Positions 49,962 to 59,343 of a DNA stretch of 64,000 bases are shown piece by piece. Under the pieces are notes generated by a model. It had not been told where the DNA came from. It made no database searches and saw only the letters and a program-made list of their open reading frames with translations. The stretch's first letter is position 1; every line of letters begins with the position of its first letter. Origin of the DNA: Candidatus Woesearchaeota archaeon (GTDB lineage Archaea; Nanobdellota; Nanobdellia; Woesearchaeales; JACPBO01); NCBI GenBank assembly GCA_030651135.1, contig JAUSCS010000006.1, forward strand, positions 650,160 through 714,159, written 5' to 3'. Made by a program: the position numbers and the translations under genes.

Positions 49962-50579
49962 ATGACTGACTTCGACAAATTAGCATCACTTGAAACAATC
50001 AATGAAACGATCAAAGCCTTAAAAGCCAGAGGCATAACTGCTGAGCTTGTTGAAACAAAAGAAAATGCATTGGAAAAATTAAGAGAGCTGATCCCTGAAA
50101 AATCAGAGATCATGACAGGCGGCTCTACAACATTGGAGCAGGTAGGGTTTGTTGATTTGCTTAAATCCAAAAAGCATCCATGGAAAAATTTAAAAGACGA
50201 AATCCTGGCTGAAAAAAATGAGGCAAAACAAACAGAGCTTAGAAAAAGGAGCATAAGCTCTCAGTTCTTTATAGGAAGCATTCAGGCAGTTGTTGAAACA
50301 GGCGAAGTGCTGATTGCAAGCGCCTCCGGAAGCCAGATTCCGGCATATGCATTTTCATCTGATAATGCCATATGGGTTGTCGGGGCGCAGAAGATCGTTT
50401 CAAGCTTAGAAGAAGGGTTCAAGCGAATCAGAGAGCATTGTTTTCCTCTGGAAGACAAGAGGATGAAAAGCATTGGCTATGGAGGCAGCACAATTGGAAA
50501 GATTTTGCTGTTTGAAAGGGAGATAATGCCGAATCGCAGGATAACTTTGATCTTTGTGAATGAAAAGCTTGGGTTTTAA
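49962..50579 (+). CDS. LUD-domain (LutC/YkgG-like) protein
   Basis: GGSTTLEQVG, ASASGSQ, VVGAQKIV. Confidence 0.85.
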   Translation: MTDFDKLASLETINETIKALKARGITAELVETKENALEKLRELIPEKSEIMTGGSTTLEQVGFVDLLKSKKHPWKNLKDEILAEKNEAKQTELRKRSISSQFFIGSIQAVVETGEVLIASASGSQIPAYAFSSDNAIWVVGAQKIVSSLEEGFKRIREHCFPLEDKRMKSIGYGGSTIGKILLFEREIMPNRRITLIFVNEKLGF

Positions 50580-50580
50580 G

Positions 50581-51516
50581 ATGGCAAAAATAACAATCAT
50601 CGGAGCAGGAAATGTCGGTGCAACAGCAGCGCATCTGCTGGCTTTGAAGAATTTGGCAGATATTGTGTTAGTTGATATTGTTGAAGGTGTGCCTCAGGGA
50701 AAATCCCTTGACATATTGGAATCCGGTCCTATCGAAGGGTTCAATCATAAAATTATCGGAACAAACAATTATGAGGATACAAAGGACTCTGACATTATAG
50801 TTATAACAGCAGGCATTGCGAGAAAGCCTGGAATGACAAGGGAGGATTTGCTTAAGATAAATGCGTCCATTGTAAAAGGCGTTGTAGAGAGCGCGGTTAA
50901 ATATTCGCAGAATGCCATATTGATCGTTGTAACAAATCCTTTAGATGCAATGGTTTATCTGGCTGCAAAAATAAGCAATTTTTCAAAAAACAAAGTGATT
51001 GGTATGGCAGGTGTTCTTGACACAGCAAGATTTAAAACATTTATTGCTGAAGAACTGAATATTGATGCAAAAAAGATTGAAGCGATTGTTCTCGGCAGCC
51101 ATGGCGATGACATGGTGCCATTGATAAGCAAAACAACAATAGATGGGGAGCCGATTACAGAGTTATTGCCTGCTGAGAAAATAAATGAGCTGGTTGAAAG
51201 GACAAGGAAGGGTGGAATTGAGATTGTTAATCTGCTGAAGACAGGCTCTGCGTATTATGCTCCTGCTTCTTCAATTGTTGAAATGATTGATGCCATATTG
51301 AATGACAGGAAAAAGCTGCTGCCCTGTGCTGCCTATTGCGACAAAGAATATGGCATTGGAGGCTATTTCATAGGAGTTCCTGCAATATTGGGCAATAACG
51401 GAGTTGAGAAAGTGGTTGAATTAGATCTTAATGACGAGGAAAAGATGCAGTTTGAAAGGACTGTGGAGCATGTGAAAGAATTGTGCGGTGAAGTGGATAA
51501 ACTGCTGACGAAATGA
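50581..51516 (+). CDS. mdh: Malate dehydrogenase (LDH-like)
   Basis: GAGNVG, TAGIARKPGMTREDL, VTNPLD, GSHGD. Confidence 0.95.
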   Translation: MAKITIIGAGNVGATAAHLLALKNLADIVLVDIVEGVPQGKSLDILESGPIEGFNHKIIGTNNYEDTKDSDIIVITAGIARKPGMTREDLLKINASIVKGVVESAVKYSQNAILIVVTNPLDAMVYLAAKISNFSKNKVIGMAGVLDTARFKTFIAEELNIDAKKIEAIVLGSHGDDMVPLISKTTIDGEPITELLPAEKINELVERTRKGGIEIVNLLKTGSAYYAPASSIVEMIDAILNDRKKLLPCAAYCDKEYGIGGYFIGVPAILGNNGVEKVVELDLNDEEKMQFERTVEHVKELCGEVDKLLTK

Positions 51517-51521
51517 AATAG

Positions 51522-52037
51522 TTACAACAGCCCTTCCATAATATCTTTAACTAATCTTATTTCATTAGTTTTGCCATAGCCTTCGACTTTAACAATGCCT
51601 TTCTCAGCTAATTTTTTAATTGTCCTGTGTGATCTGAGCTTGTTCATCCCTTCCAGCCTCGTGATATCAGCTTGCAGCATTCTTCCTTTATTTTCAAGCA
51701 GTTTCTCCACAACCTTTCTTTCTTCTCTTGCCAAAAACTTGAATATTATATCGATGTTCCTTTTCAAAGATTTTTCCTTTGCTTCAACCTTGAATGACAT
51801 TGTATAGTAAGTAGCAGCCCCGACAACAACACCCAGGCTCACTAAAATAGGTATGAGGTCAAAAATGGAAATGTTCCATCCGAATACAGGGCATGTAAGG
51901 GAATTTCTTTCTTTGTAGTATGAGCTTATTGAGAATACAATAAACAGAAACACAGCGATCATCCCTATTCCGAGCACGATCTTCTTATTCTGGATCATGG
52001 AAACAACTAATCCGAGCTTATTTTTAAGCTTTTCCAT
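51522..52037 (-). CDS. Membrane-anchored winged-HTH regulator
   Basis: Two TM helices with an LTCP loop, then QADITRLEGMNKLRSHRTIKKLAEKGIV. Start trimmed. Confidence 0.78.
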   Translation of the reverse strand: MEKLKNKLGLVVSMIQNKKIVLGIGMIAVFLFIVFSISSYYKERNSLTCPVFGWNISIFDLIPILVSLGVVVGAATYYTMSFKVEAKEKSLKRNIDIIFKFLAREERKVVEKLLENKGRMLQADITRLEGMNKLRSHRTIKKLAEKGIVKVEGYGKTNEIRLVKDIMEGLL

Positions 52038-52096
52038 GGTTTCATCAAGTAATATATATGGTTTCAGCTTATTGATACTGTGTTTTATACAGGCTG

Positions 52097-53056
52097 GTGA
52101 ATGATATGAAAGTAAAAATGAAGAAATTATACATATGGCAGGCCATATCGGCTGTATTGCTGATATCCTTGATAGCATCTTTAATGCCGGACAAGGCATC
52201 TGGCCCATCAAAAGAGCAAGCAGCAAAGAAGGCAATTGATTTCATAAACGCGAATATGCTGCAGGGGCAGGCAGCAGCTGTATTGAAAAGTGTTGGAGAG
52301 AAAAACGGCCTTTACACCGTGAGTTTCAGCATTGGCAATCAGCAGTATGATTCCTATGTGACAAAAGACGGCAGCTTGCTGTTCCCATCTGCAATACCTT
52401 TAGAAGCAGCTGATCAGCAGCAGGCCAGCTCACAAACTAGTTCGCAGTCTTATCCAAAAACAGACAAGCCGAAAGTTGAATTGTTTGTGATGAGCCACTG
52501 CCCATATGGCGTCAAAGCGCAGGAAATACTTGTGCCTGTACTGAGATTATTAGGAGAATCTGCAGAAATAAAAACAAGATTTGTATCTTATGCAATGCAC
52601 GGCAAAATAGAGATTGATGATAACAGCATAGAATACTGCATACAAAAAGAGCAGGAGAGCAAATATGCAGATTATTTAGCCTGCTTTGTAAAATCGCAAA
52701 AATCTGATGAATGCATCAAGTCTGTTGGGATTGATGCCAATAATTTAAACTCATGCATCAATTTAATAGATAAGCAATATAGTATTACAGCGCTATACAA
52801 CGATCAATCAACCTGGCTTAGCGGCCGCTATCCGCAATATCCTGTTGACAAGGAGCTAAATCAGCAGTATGATGTGCAGGGCTCTGAAACACTTATTGTC
52901 AATGGCGTGCATGTATCCGCTGCAGAATACAGATGGGATTCTGACAAACTGAAGGCGATTATATGTTCTGCATTTAATACAGCACCGGCAGAATGCTCAC
53001 AGAATCTAGGTTCTTCGGCTAGCCCTTCCAGCCCTTCTGCAGGAAGCTGCAGCTGA
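52097..53056 (+). CDS. Exported thioredoxin-fold (DsbC/GILT-like) protein
   Basis: YVTKDG N-domain, FVMSHCPYG, VQGSETLIVNG, Ser-rich tail ending GSCS. Exact start uncertain. Confidence 0.75.
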   Translation: MNDMKVKMKKLYIWQAISAVLLISLIASLMPDKASGPSKEQAAKKAIDFINANMLQGQAAAVLKSVGEKNGLYTVSFSIGNQQYDSYVTKDGSLLFPSAIPLEAADQQQASSQTSSQSYPKTDKPKVELFVMSHCPYGVKAQEILVPVLRLLGESAEIKTRFVSYAMHGKIEIDDNSIEYCIQKEQESKYADYLACFVKSQKSDECIKSVGIDANNLNSCINLIDKQYSITALYNDQSTWLSGRYPQYPVDKELNQQYDVQGSETLIVNGVHVSAAEYRWDSDKLKAIICSAFNTAPAECSQNLGSSASPSSPSAGSCS

Positions 53057-53099
53057 GCAAACAGTAAACTATATAAAACAAATACATTAACTTATCAAC

Positions 53100-54017
53100 A
53101 TGATATGCTTGCTGGCTTTAATTGTGTTTGCAGTGCTGGGAATTTTCAGCTCCACTCATAGATTGCTTGCAAAAGAGGCATTTGACTGCGTTTTCAGAAG
53201 ACTAACATTAAGGAAATGCGAATCCGGCTTAGATAAAAGGCTGAAAAGCAATATAACCGGAAAGCTGATGAGAAAGAGCCCAAGGCTTGCAGGATTAATA
53301 TATAAAAACTTTGAAATCATTTCCTGGGCATTTACAATATTGCTTGTTGTCAGCCTTATTTATTCAGCATATTCTGGCTATAACTATTTTAAATACGGCA
53401 ACTGCTACGGCAAGCCGTCAGAAGCATTCTGCATATTTGACCCTGCAGGAAACACAAAAGCAACTGTGTATGACTATGGCTATTCTGGCCCTGTAACATT
53501 CCCAACAATAGATGATGACCCGTATCTCGGCTCAAAAAATGCAAATGTTACAGTAATAGAATTCGGCTGCTTCATGTGCAAATACACGAAAAAGGCAGAG
53601 GCAACTGTAAAGGAAATAATAAAAGCTTATGGTGATAAGATTCTGTATGTTTACAGGGATTTTCCATTAAATGAGAGGCATTTGGAGGCAGATATTCATG
53701 CTGAGGCAGCTGACTGCGCATCGGAGCAGGATAAGTACTGGGAGTATCATGATCTACTTTTTGAAGAGCAGGAAATGGAGAACCATACTATGATGTTAAA
53801 GGGCTTTGCAGAGAAGCTCGGGCTGAACATGTCAGAGTTTAACGAATGTTTCGACAGCAGAAAATACAGGGAAGAAGTTTTAAATGACTTTGAAGACGGG
53901 CTTAAGGCAGGCATTGTTGGAACACCGACATTTTTCATAAACAACAAAACACTTGTTGGGCCGCGAAGCTTTAACGAATTCAAGAAGGTAATTGACAAAG
54001 AGTTGCAGCGGAAATAA
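53100..54017 (+). CDS. DsbA-family protein with N-terminal membrane domain
   Basis: MIC…AFDCVFRR…C, DDPYLG, FGCFMCKYT, GTPTFFIN. Confidence 0.85.
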   Translation: MICLLALIVFAVLGIFSSTHRLLAKEAFDCVFRRLTLRKCESGLDKRLKSNITGKLMRKSPRLAGLIYKNFEIISWAFTILLVVSLIYSAYSGYNYFKYGNCYGKPSEAFCIFDPAGNTKATVYDYGYSGPVTFPTIDDDPYLGSKNANVTVIEFGCFMCKYTKKAEATVKEIIKAYGDKILYVYRDFPLNERHLEADIHAEAADCASEQDKYWEYHDLLFEEQEMENHTMMLKGFAEKLGLNMSEFNECFDSRKYREEVLNDFEDGLKAGIVGTPTFFINNKTLVGPRSFNEFKKVIDKELQRK

Positions 54018-54018
54018 A

Positions 54019-55221
54019 ATGCTGAATACAAATAAAATACGCGAGGATTTTGAAATTCTGAATAAAAGTATAAAAGGAAAGCCAATCATATACTTTGACA
54101 ATGCGTGCATGTCATTGAAGCCAAAGCAGGTTGTTGAGACAATGAACCGCTATTACAATGAATTCCCGGCATGCGGCGGAAGAAGCCTGCATTCTTTGGG
54201 CAAAAAAGTAACAGAAGAGGTAAGAAATGCAAGAAAAACAATGCAAAAATTCATAAATGCAAAGAGCGAGAAAGAAATAATCTTTACAAAAAATACAACA
54301 GAAGCCATTAACCTTATTGCAAATGCATTTAATCTTGAAGAAGGCGATGAAGTGATAACCACGGACAAGGAACACAATTCTAATCTGCTTCCGTGGCAAA
54401 GATTGAAGGAAACAAAAGGCATTATTCATCAGATTGCTGATTTTAATGATCCGGAAGATTTAAAAAACAAAATAACCAATAAAACAAAGCTAATCTCGAT
54501 GGTACACAGCTCTAATCTGGATGGCACTTCAATAAATGCAAAAGAAATAATAAAAATTGCGCATTACAATAAAGTTGCTGTAATGCTTGACTGCGCCCAG
54601 TCCATTCCGCACAAGGAAGTTGATGTGAGAAAGCTTGATGCTGACTTCATTGCATTTTCAGGCCATAAGATGCTTGGGCCTACAGGAACAGGCTGCCTTT
54701 ACGGAAAAGAAGCCTTGCTTGAAAAATTATCTCCTTTTATTGTGGGCGGCGACACTGTGAAAGATACAACTTATTCAACAGCAGAATTTGAAGATCTGCC
54801 TGAAAGGCTTGAAGCCGGGCTGCAGAATTATGCCGGAATTATCGGCTTTGCAGAAGCTGCGAATTACTTGATGAGGATTGGAAAAAAAGACATTGAGCAG
54901 CACGAATTGAAGCTGAACAAGAAAATAACAGATGAATTGCTGAAAATAAATGGTTTTGAGTTTATTGGCCCGAAAGAAGCAGAGCAGAGAGGCGGAATAA
55001 TAAGCTTCAATATAAAAAACATGGATCCGCACAATATTGCAATGATCCTAGACCAGTCCGCCAATATAATGATCAGAAGCGGAGCTCACTGCGTTCATTC
55101 ATGGTTCAATGCGCATCAAATGAAAGGAAGCGCAAGGGCATCTTTGTATCTGTACAATACAGAAGAGGAAGCGAATGTTTTTATTGAGGAAATGAAAAAG
55201 ATTGTTAAATTCTTAAAATAA
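54019..55221 (+). CDS. sufS: Cysteine desulfurase (SufS/CsdA group II)
   Basis: YFDNA, EHNSN, FSGHKMLGPTG (PLP Lys), RSGAHC. Confidence 0.9.
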   Translation: MLNTNKIREDFEILNKSIKGKPIIYFDNACMSLKPKQVVETMNRYYNEFPACGGRSLHSLGKKVTEEVRNARKTMQKFINAKSEKEIIFTKNTTEAINLIANAFNLEEGDEVITTDKEHNSNLLPWQRLKETKGIIHQIADFNDPEDLKNKITNKTKLISMVHSSNLDGTSINAKEIIKIAHYNKVAVMLDCAQSIPHKEVDVRKLDADFIAFSGHKMLGPTGTGCLYGKEALLEKLSPFIVGGDTVKDTTYSTAEFEDLPERLEAGLQNYAGIIGFAEAANYLMRIGKKDIEQHELKLNKKITDELLKINGFEFIGPKEAEQRGGIISFNIKNMDPHNIAMILDQSANIMIRSGAHCVHSWFNAHQMKGSARASLYLYNTEEEANVFIEEMKKIVKFLK

Positions 55222-55230
55222 ACAAAATAA

Positions 55231-55671
55231 ATGACACTTAAAAAATTTTTGATAAACAAACTTAAGAAATTCTTCGGCTTTGATAAATACGAATTCAATA
55301 AAATCATTGTAGATAAAGAAGTCATTGAAAAGATCATCGATCTTGCAAAGCAGGCTTACCCAAAGGAATTTGTCATTCTGCTCGAAGGTAAGTTTGAAAA
55401 CAAAGAGCTGGTCATAACTGATGTTTTATTTAACACTTACCAGGCATCGAACAATGCAACATCCATGACGCTTGATCTTCCGATAACCTCGAAAATAATA
55501 GGGACAGCGCATTCACATCCGGGCCATAGCAATATGCCTTCTGGGGCAGATCTGACTTTTTTCAACAAATACGGAATGGTGCACATTATCATAGCATATC
55601 CGTTTAATGCAGATACGATCAGGATGTACAATATTTATGGGGATGAGATTGGGTTTTTTGTAAAAGATTGA
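55231..55671 (+). CDS. JAMM/MPN+ metalloprotease
   Basis: YPKE…HSHPGHSNMPSGAD (E…HxH-x7-S-x2-D). Confidence 0.9.
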   Translation: MTLKKFLINKLKKFFGFDKYEFNKIIVDKEVIEKIIDLAKQAYPKEFVILLEGKFENKELVITDVLFNTYQASNNATSMTLDLPITSKIIGTAHSHPGHSNMPSGADLTFFNKYGMVHIIIAYPFNADTIRMYNIYGDEIGFFVKD

Positions 55672-55723
55672 TCCAAAATTCAAATACATAAACTTTAAAT
55701 ACATAAACTGCCTCTTTAATATC

Positions 55724-55789
55724 ATGATCCATGCCGGTTTATCAGCTAAAAAAACAAGTTCTATAGCAGAAATCACCTTCATTATTTAG
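55724..55789 (+). promoter_or_regulatory. Putative Ile-rich leader peptide of cimA (MIHAGLSAKKTSSIAEITFII)
   Basis: 5 Ile in 21 codons, ending ITFII. Lies downstream of a TTTAAATA box and just upstream of cimA. Confidence 0.4.
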
Positions 55790-55818
55790 AACACAGCAGA
55801 AAGTTTCTGCAGGCCAAA

Positions 55819-57360
55819 ATGATAATTTACGACACAACGCTTCGCGACGGAACCCAAAACAAGGATGTGAATCTGACAGTCCGTGATAAAGTGGAGTTTG
55901 CAAAGATCCTTGATGATTTCAAAGCGGATTACATCGAATTGGGCTGGCCCGGATCCAATCCGAAGGACATGGAGGCATTCCTGGAAGCTTCAAAATTAAA
56001 ATTTAATCATGCCAAAATAGCAGCTTTCTGCAGCACAAGGAAAAAAGAGCTTAAAGCAAATGAGGATCCTAATCTCAGGGCAGTTCTTGATTCAAAAGCA
56101 GCAGCTGCCGCAGTATTCGGCAAGACATGGATTCTGCACATTGAAAGGCAGCTTAAGGCGTCAAAAGATGAAAATCTTGATGCAATAAGCGATTCAATAA
56201 AATTTCTTAAAAAAAGCAATTTAGAAGTTTTTTTCGATGCAGAACATTTCTTCGACGGCTTTAAAGACGATAAAGAATATGCATTAGAGTGCCTTAAAAA
56301 GGCAGTTGATGCAGGAGCTTCCTGCATTGTTCTGTGCGACACGAATGGCGGCTGTTTGCCTGATGAAATCCTTGGAATAGTCAATGAAGTCAGAGCTGCA
56401 TTTCCAGATGCACAGCTCGGCATTCACTGCCATAACGATTCAGGCTGCGCAGTTGCAAACACATTGATTGTTGCAGGCAAAGTTAACCATATCCAGGGAA
56501 CAATTAACGGCGTCGGAGAGCGCTGCGGCAATGCTGATCTGTGCCAGATTCTTCCTAATATTGTATTAAAGAAAAACATACAGATAAATGCTGATCTTTC
56601 AAAGCTGAAAGAGGTTTCAGATAAATTCAATATTTTAGCGAATATTAAGCCGCAGCCTAATCAGCCCTTTGTAGGAAAAAATGCATTCTCCCATAAGGGG
56701 GGTGTCCATGTTGATGCGCTCAGCAAGGGCGCTTCTTACGAGCATATTGATCCGGAAGCAGTCGGCAATTCCCGCGATATTGTTTTGTCAGACCTTTCAG
56801 GCTCGGCTAATATTGTTGAGGCAGTTAAGCAGTTCGGCGTTAATGCGGATAAAAAAGACCCGAGAATAAAAGAAATGCTTGACGAGGTCAAGCTTCTGGA
56901 AAAGAAAGGCTATGATATCGGTGATTTGGAAGCTGAGAAATATTTATTGGCAAATAAGCATTTTCTTAAAAAAGATCCTTTATTCACAATAAATGGCTGG
57001 AAGATCATTTCTGAAAATATAGATGGTGAACTCTACTCTGAATGCATTATGGACGGCAATGTGAACGGCAGCAAAATCGATGTCATTGCCCCTGTAAAAG
57101 AGCAGGGCCCTGTTGATGCAGCATATGATGCTTTCAAAAAGCTTTTGGCCTCTTTCAGGCAGCTGGATGATATAAAGCTCATAAACTATAAAGTTATGAT
57201 CGCAGAGGATAAAGGCGCGGAATCTTCAGTAAGGGTTTACATAGAATTCAGCAATAATGGGAATGAGTGGGCAACTATTGGCGTTAATGAGAACATACTG
57301 AGCGCTTCGCTTGAGGCTATTGAAAAAGGATTCCGTTATTATTTATTGAGATTTTGCTGA
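55819..57360 (+). CDS. cimA: Citramalate synthase
   Basis: YDTTLRDGTQ, GWPGSNPKD, FDAEHFFDG, HKGGVH, C-terminal regulatory domain (GPVDA). Confidence 0.9.
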   Translation: MIIYDTTLRDGTQNKDVNLTVRDKVEFAKILDDFKADYIELGWPGSNPKDMEAFLEASKLKFNHAKIAAFCSTRKKELKANEDPNLRAVLDSKAAAAAVFGKTWILHIERQLKASKDENLDAISDSIKFLKKSNLEVFFDAEHFFDGFKDDKEYALECLKKAVDAGASCIVLCDTNGGCLPDEILGIVNEVRAAFPDAQLGIHCHNDSGCAVANTLIVAGKVNHIQGTINGVGERCGNADLCQILPNIVLKKNIQINADLSKLKEVSDKFNILANIKPQPNQPFVGKNAFSHKGGVHVDALSKGASYEHIDPEAVGNSRDIVLSDLSGSANIVEAVKQFGVNADKKDPRIKEMLDEVKLLEKKGYDIGDLEAEKYLLANKHFLKKDPLFTINGWKIISENIDGELYSECIMDGNVNGSKIDVIAPVKEQGPVDAAYDAFKKLLASFRQLDDIKLINYKVMIAEDKGAESSVRVYIEFSNNGNEWATIGVNENILSASLEAIEKGFRYYLLRFC

Positions 57361-57386
57361 ATTAATCTATGGCAGAAAAAGAGAAA

Positions 57387-58175
57387 CTATTTTAATATAT
57401 AAGTTATATTTATATCGCCAGTTGATGTTTCAACTAACAAGGTACCTATAGATTTTGCATTTGGCGGCGTATATACACCATTACCTTCTGAAATCATTTT
57501 CTTTACATTTACTTCTCCTGTAGATGTGTTTGTTTCAACAGTAAGTGGAGCATATAGTTCTAAAGATATATCGCCAGTTGATGTTCTAATGATGCCTTTG
57601 TGAGTCACTTTACCCTCAATATCTCCTGTTGATGTCTTAATATCAATTTCTAGTCCCGGATTGGATTTTGGTAAACTTAATACGCCCTCTAATCCATTAA
57701 TGAATAAATGATTATTTTTATATCCTGGCTCGCTACCAGTATTTCCCTTAACATAAACTTTATCCTTTTCAGATAAGCCAAGAGCAACATCGTTTGTACT
57801 TTCTCTTAAAGAAACCTTATTCACACCACAATACTCTTTATCAATCTCATATTCTAAATTCTTACCACCTATTGAAACACTAGATCCGCCACCAGATATA
57901 ACAACAGAACTTCCACTTACTACGCCTGTGCAGATATTGCTGCCCTGGATATGAATGCCGCTTCTACCGGCACCTTTCTTGTAATTTATTACTGTTCCTT
58001 TAACTTCTAGTCTGCCATTTTCAGGCATCTCTCCTGTTATCAAGTCTCTACCATCAGAAACATATGCGTATTTTTGTCCATCGCAGGATATAGCAATATT
58101 ATTAATTATACTGGCTCCTGAAAATTCCTCAGGTAACTCGACACCATTGATTACTGTTCTTTTTCTTCTAAGCAT
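57387..58175 (-). CDS. DUF4097-like beta-strand repeat protein
   Basis: TSTG(D/E)(I/V) repeated four times. Confidence 0.75.
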   Translation of the reverse strand: MLRRKRTVINGVELPEEFSGASIINNIAISCDGQKYAYVSDGRDLITGEMPENGRLEVKGTVINYKKGAGRSGIHIQGSNICTGVVSGSSVVISGGGSSVSIGGKNLEYEIDKEYCGVNKVSLRESTNDVALGLSEKDKVYVKGNTGSEPGYKNNHLFINGLEGVLSLPKSNPGLEIDIKTSTGDIEGKVTHKGIIRTSTGDISLELYAPLTVETNTSTGEVNVKKMISEGNGVYTPPNAKSIGTLLVETSTGDINITYILK

Positions 58176-58398
58176 TCGATTTCACCTTTAATTTATATAT
58201 GAATACGATAATGCAGCTAGTATTTAAATCTTTCGGTTTTGTTACTACTAATTGATTAATACTAATTTAAAAAATTTGGGCATTTAACAATAAGAACAGA
58301 TGAATCAACGAAATAGAACTGCCTTCCTGCGAATTGATCTGTATGTATTAAAATAAACAATAACCTTTAAAAACTAAAACATTAAATAAACTCTTAGC

Positions 58399-59337
58399 AT
58401 GCTTTACGAGATAAAAAAAAGGGATTTTAAGGATTATTTGGAGTTTCTTACAGATAAATTTGATCTCATTGCGCCTGTGCAGCAGGAGATCGTAAGGGCC
58501 AAAACTGTCCAGGCTAATGACCTTGTTGTCTTTGACCAGCCGCTGTATCCTGCTAAAAAATTCTTCCTGCCGAAAAGAGAGGAGCTTTTCCTGTTCGAGG
58601 ATAATAAAATAAAGCCAGACAGCGACGAAATTAAAACAACAGTTCTTTTCCTGAACAAATGCGATGCAAATGCTGTTCTAAGGTTTGACAAATTGTTTTT
58701 GCAGGATCCAGTTGACTTAAATTATAAAGCCCACCGCGATAATTCAGCAATAGTCGAGATTCCGTGCGGCAAAATATGCGAAAACAGCTTCTGCGAATCA
58801 ATGAATCTAAAGGATTACTATGATTTAAAGATTTTTGATAATGAAAATTCATACCTTATTGATGTTAAAACTGAAAAAGGAAAAAAATTGCTTAATAAAA
58901 AATTCTTTAAAAAAACCAGCAAGAAAATAAAAAAAGCAAAAATCAATTCTCCAAAAACTTTGAAATTAGGCAAAATAAAAACCAACAATAAAGAAATATG
59001 GGAAGAGAATGGAAAGAAATGCCTGAGCTGCTCTGCATGCACAATTGTCTGCCCTACATGCACCTGCTTTGAGCTTCGCGATGAGCTTGACCTGAACTGC
59101 CAGAACGGCATAAGGCAGAGAGCATGGAGCAGCTGCCAGCAGCTCGACTTTACAGAAGTTGCAGGCGGCCATGCCTTCAGAAGCGCAAGATCAGCAAGAG
59201 TGAGGCACAGGATACTGCACAAATTAAAATATTTCAAAGACAGATTTGGAGATCAGATGTGCGTCGGCTGCGGAAGATGCATAACAGCATGCCCGACTGG
59301 AATTGATATAGTGGAGATTGGAAATAAATTGAGGTGA
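58399..59337 (+). CDS. hydB: Group 3b [NiFe] sulfhydrogenase beta subunit (4Fe-4S)
   Basis: CLSCSACTIVCPTCTCF, CVGCGRCITACP. Confidence 0.9.
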   Translation: MLYEIKKRDFKDYLEFLTDKFDLIAPVQQEIVRAKTVQANDLVVFDQPLYPAKKFFLPKREELFLFEDNKIKPDSDEIKTTVLFLNKCDANAVLRFDKLFLQDPVDLNYKAHRDNSAIVEIPCGKICENSFCESMNLKDYYDLKIFDNENSYLIDVKTEKGKKLLNKKFFKKTSKKIKKAKINSPKTLKLGKIKTNNKEIWEENGKKCLSCSACTIVCPTCTCFELRDELDLNCQNGIRQRAWSSCQQLDFTEVAGGHAFRSARSARVRHRILHKLKYFKDRFGDQMCVGCGRCITACPTGIDIVEIGNKLR

Positions 59338-59343
59338 TATGAA

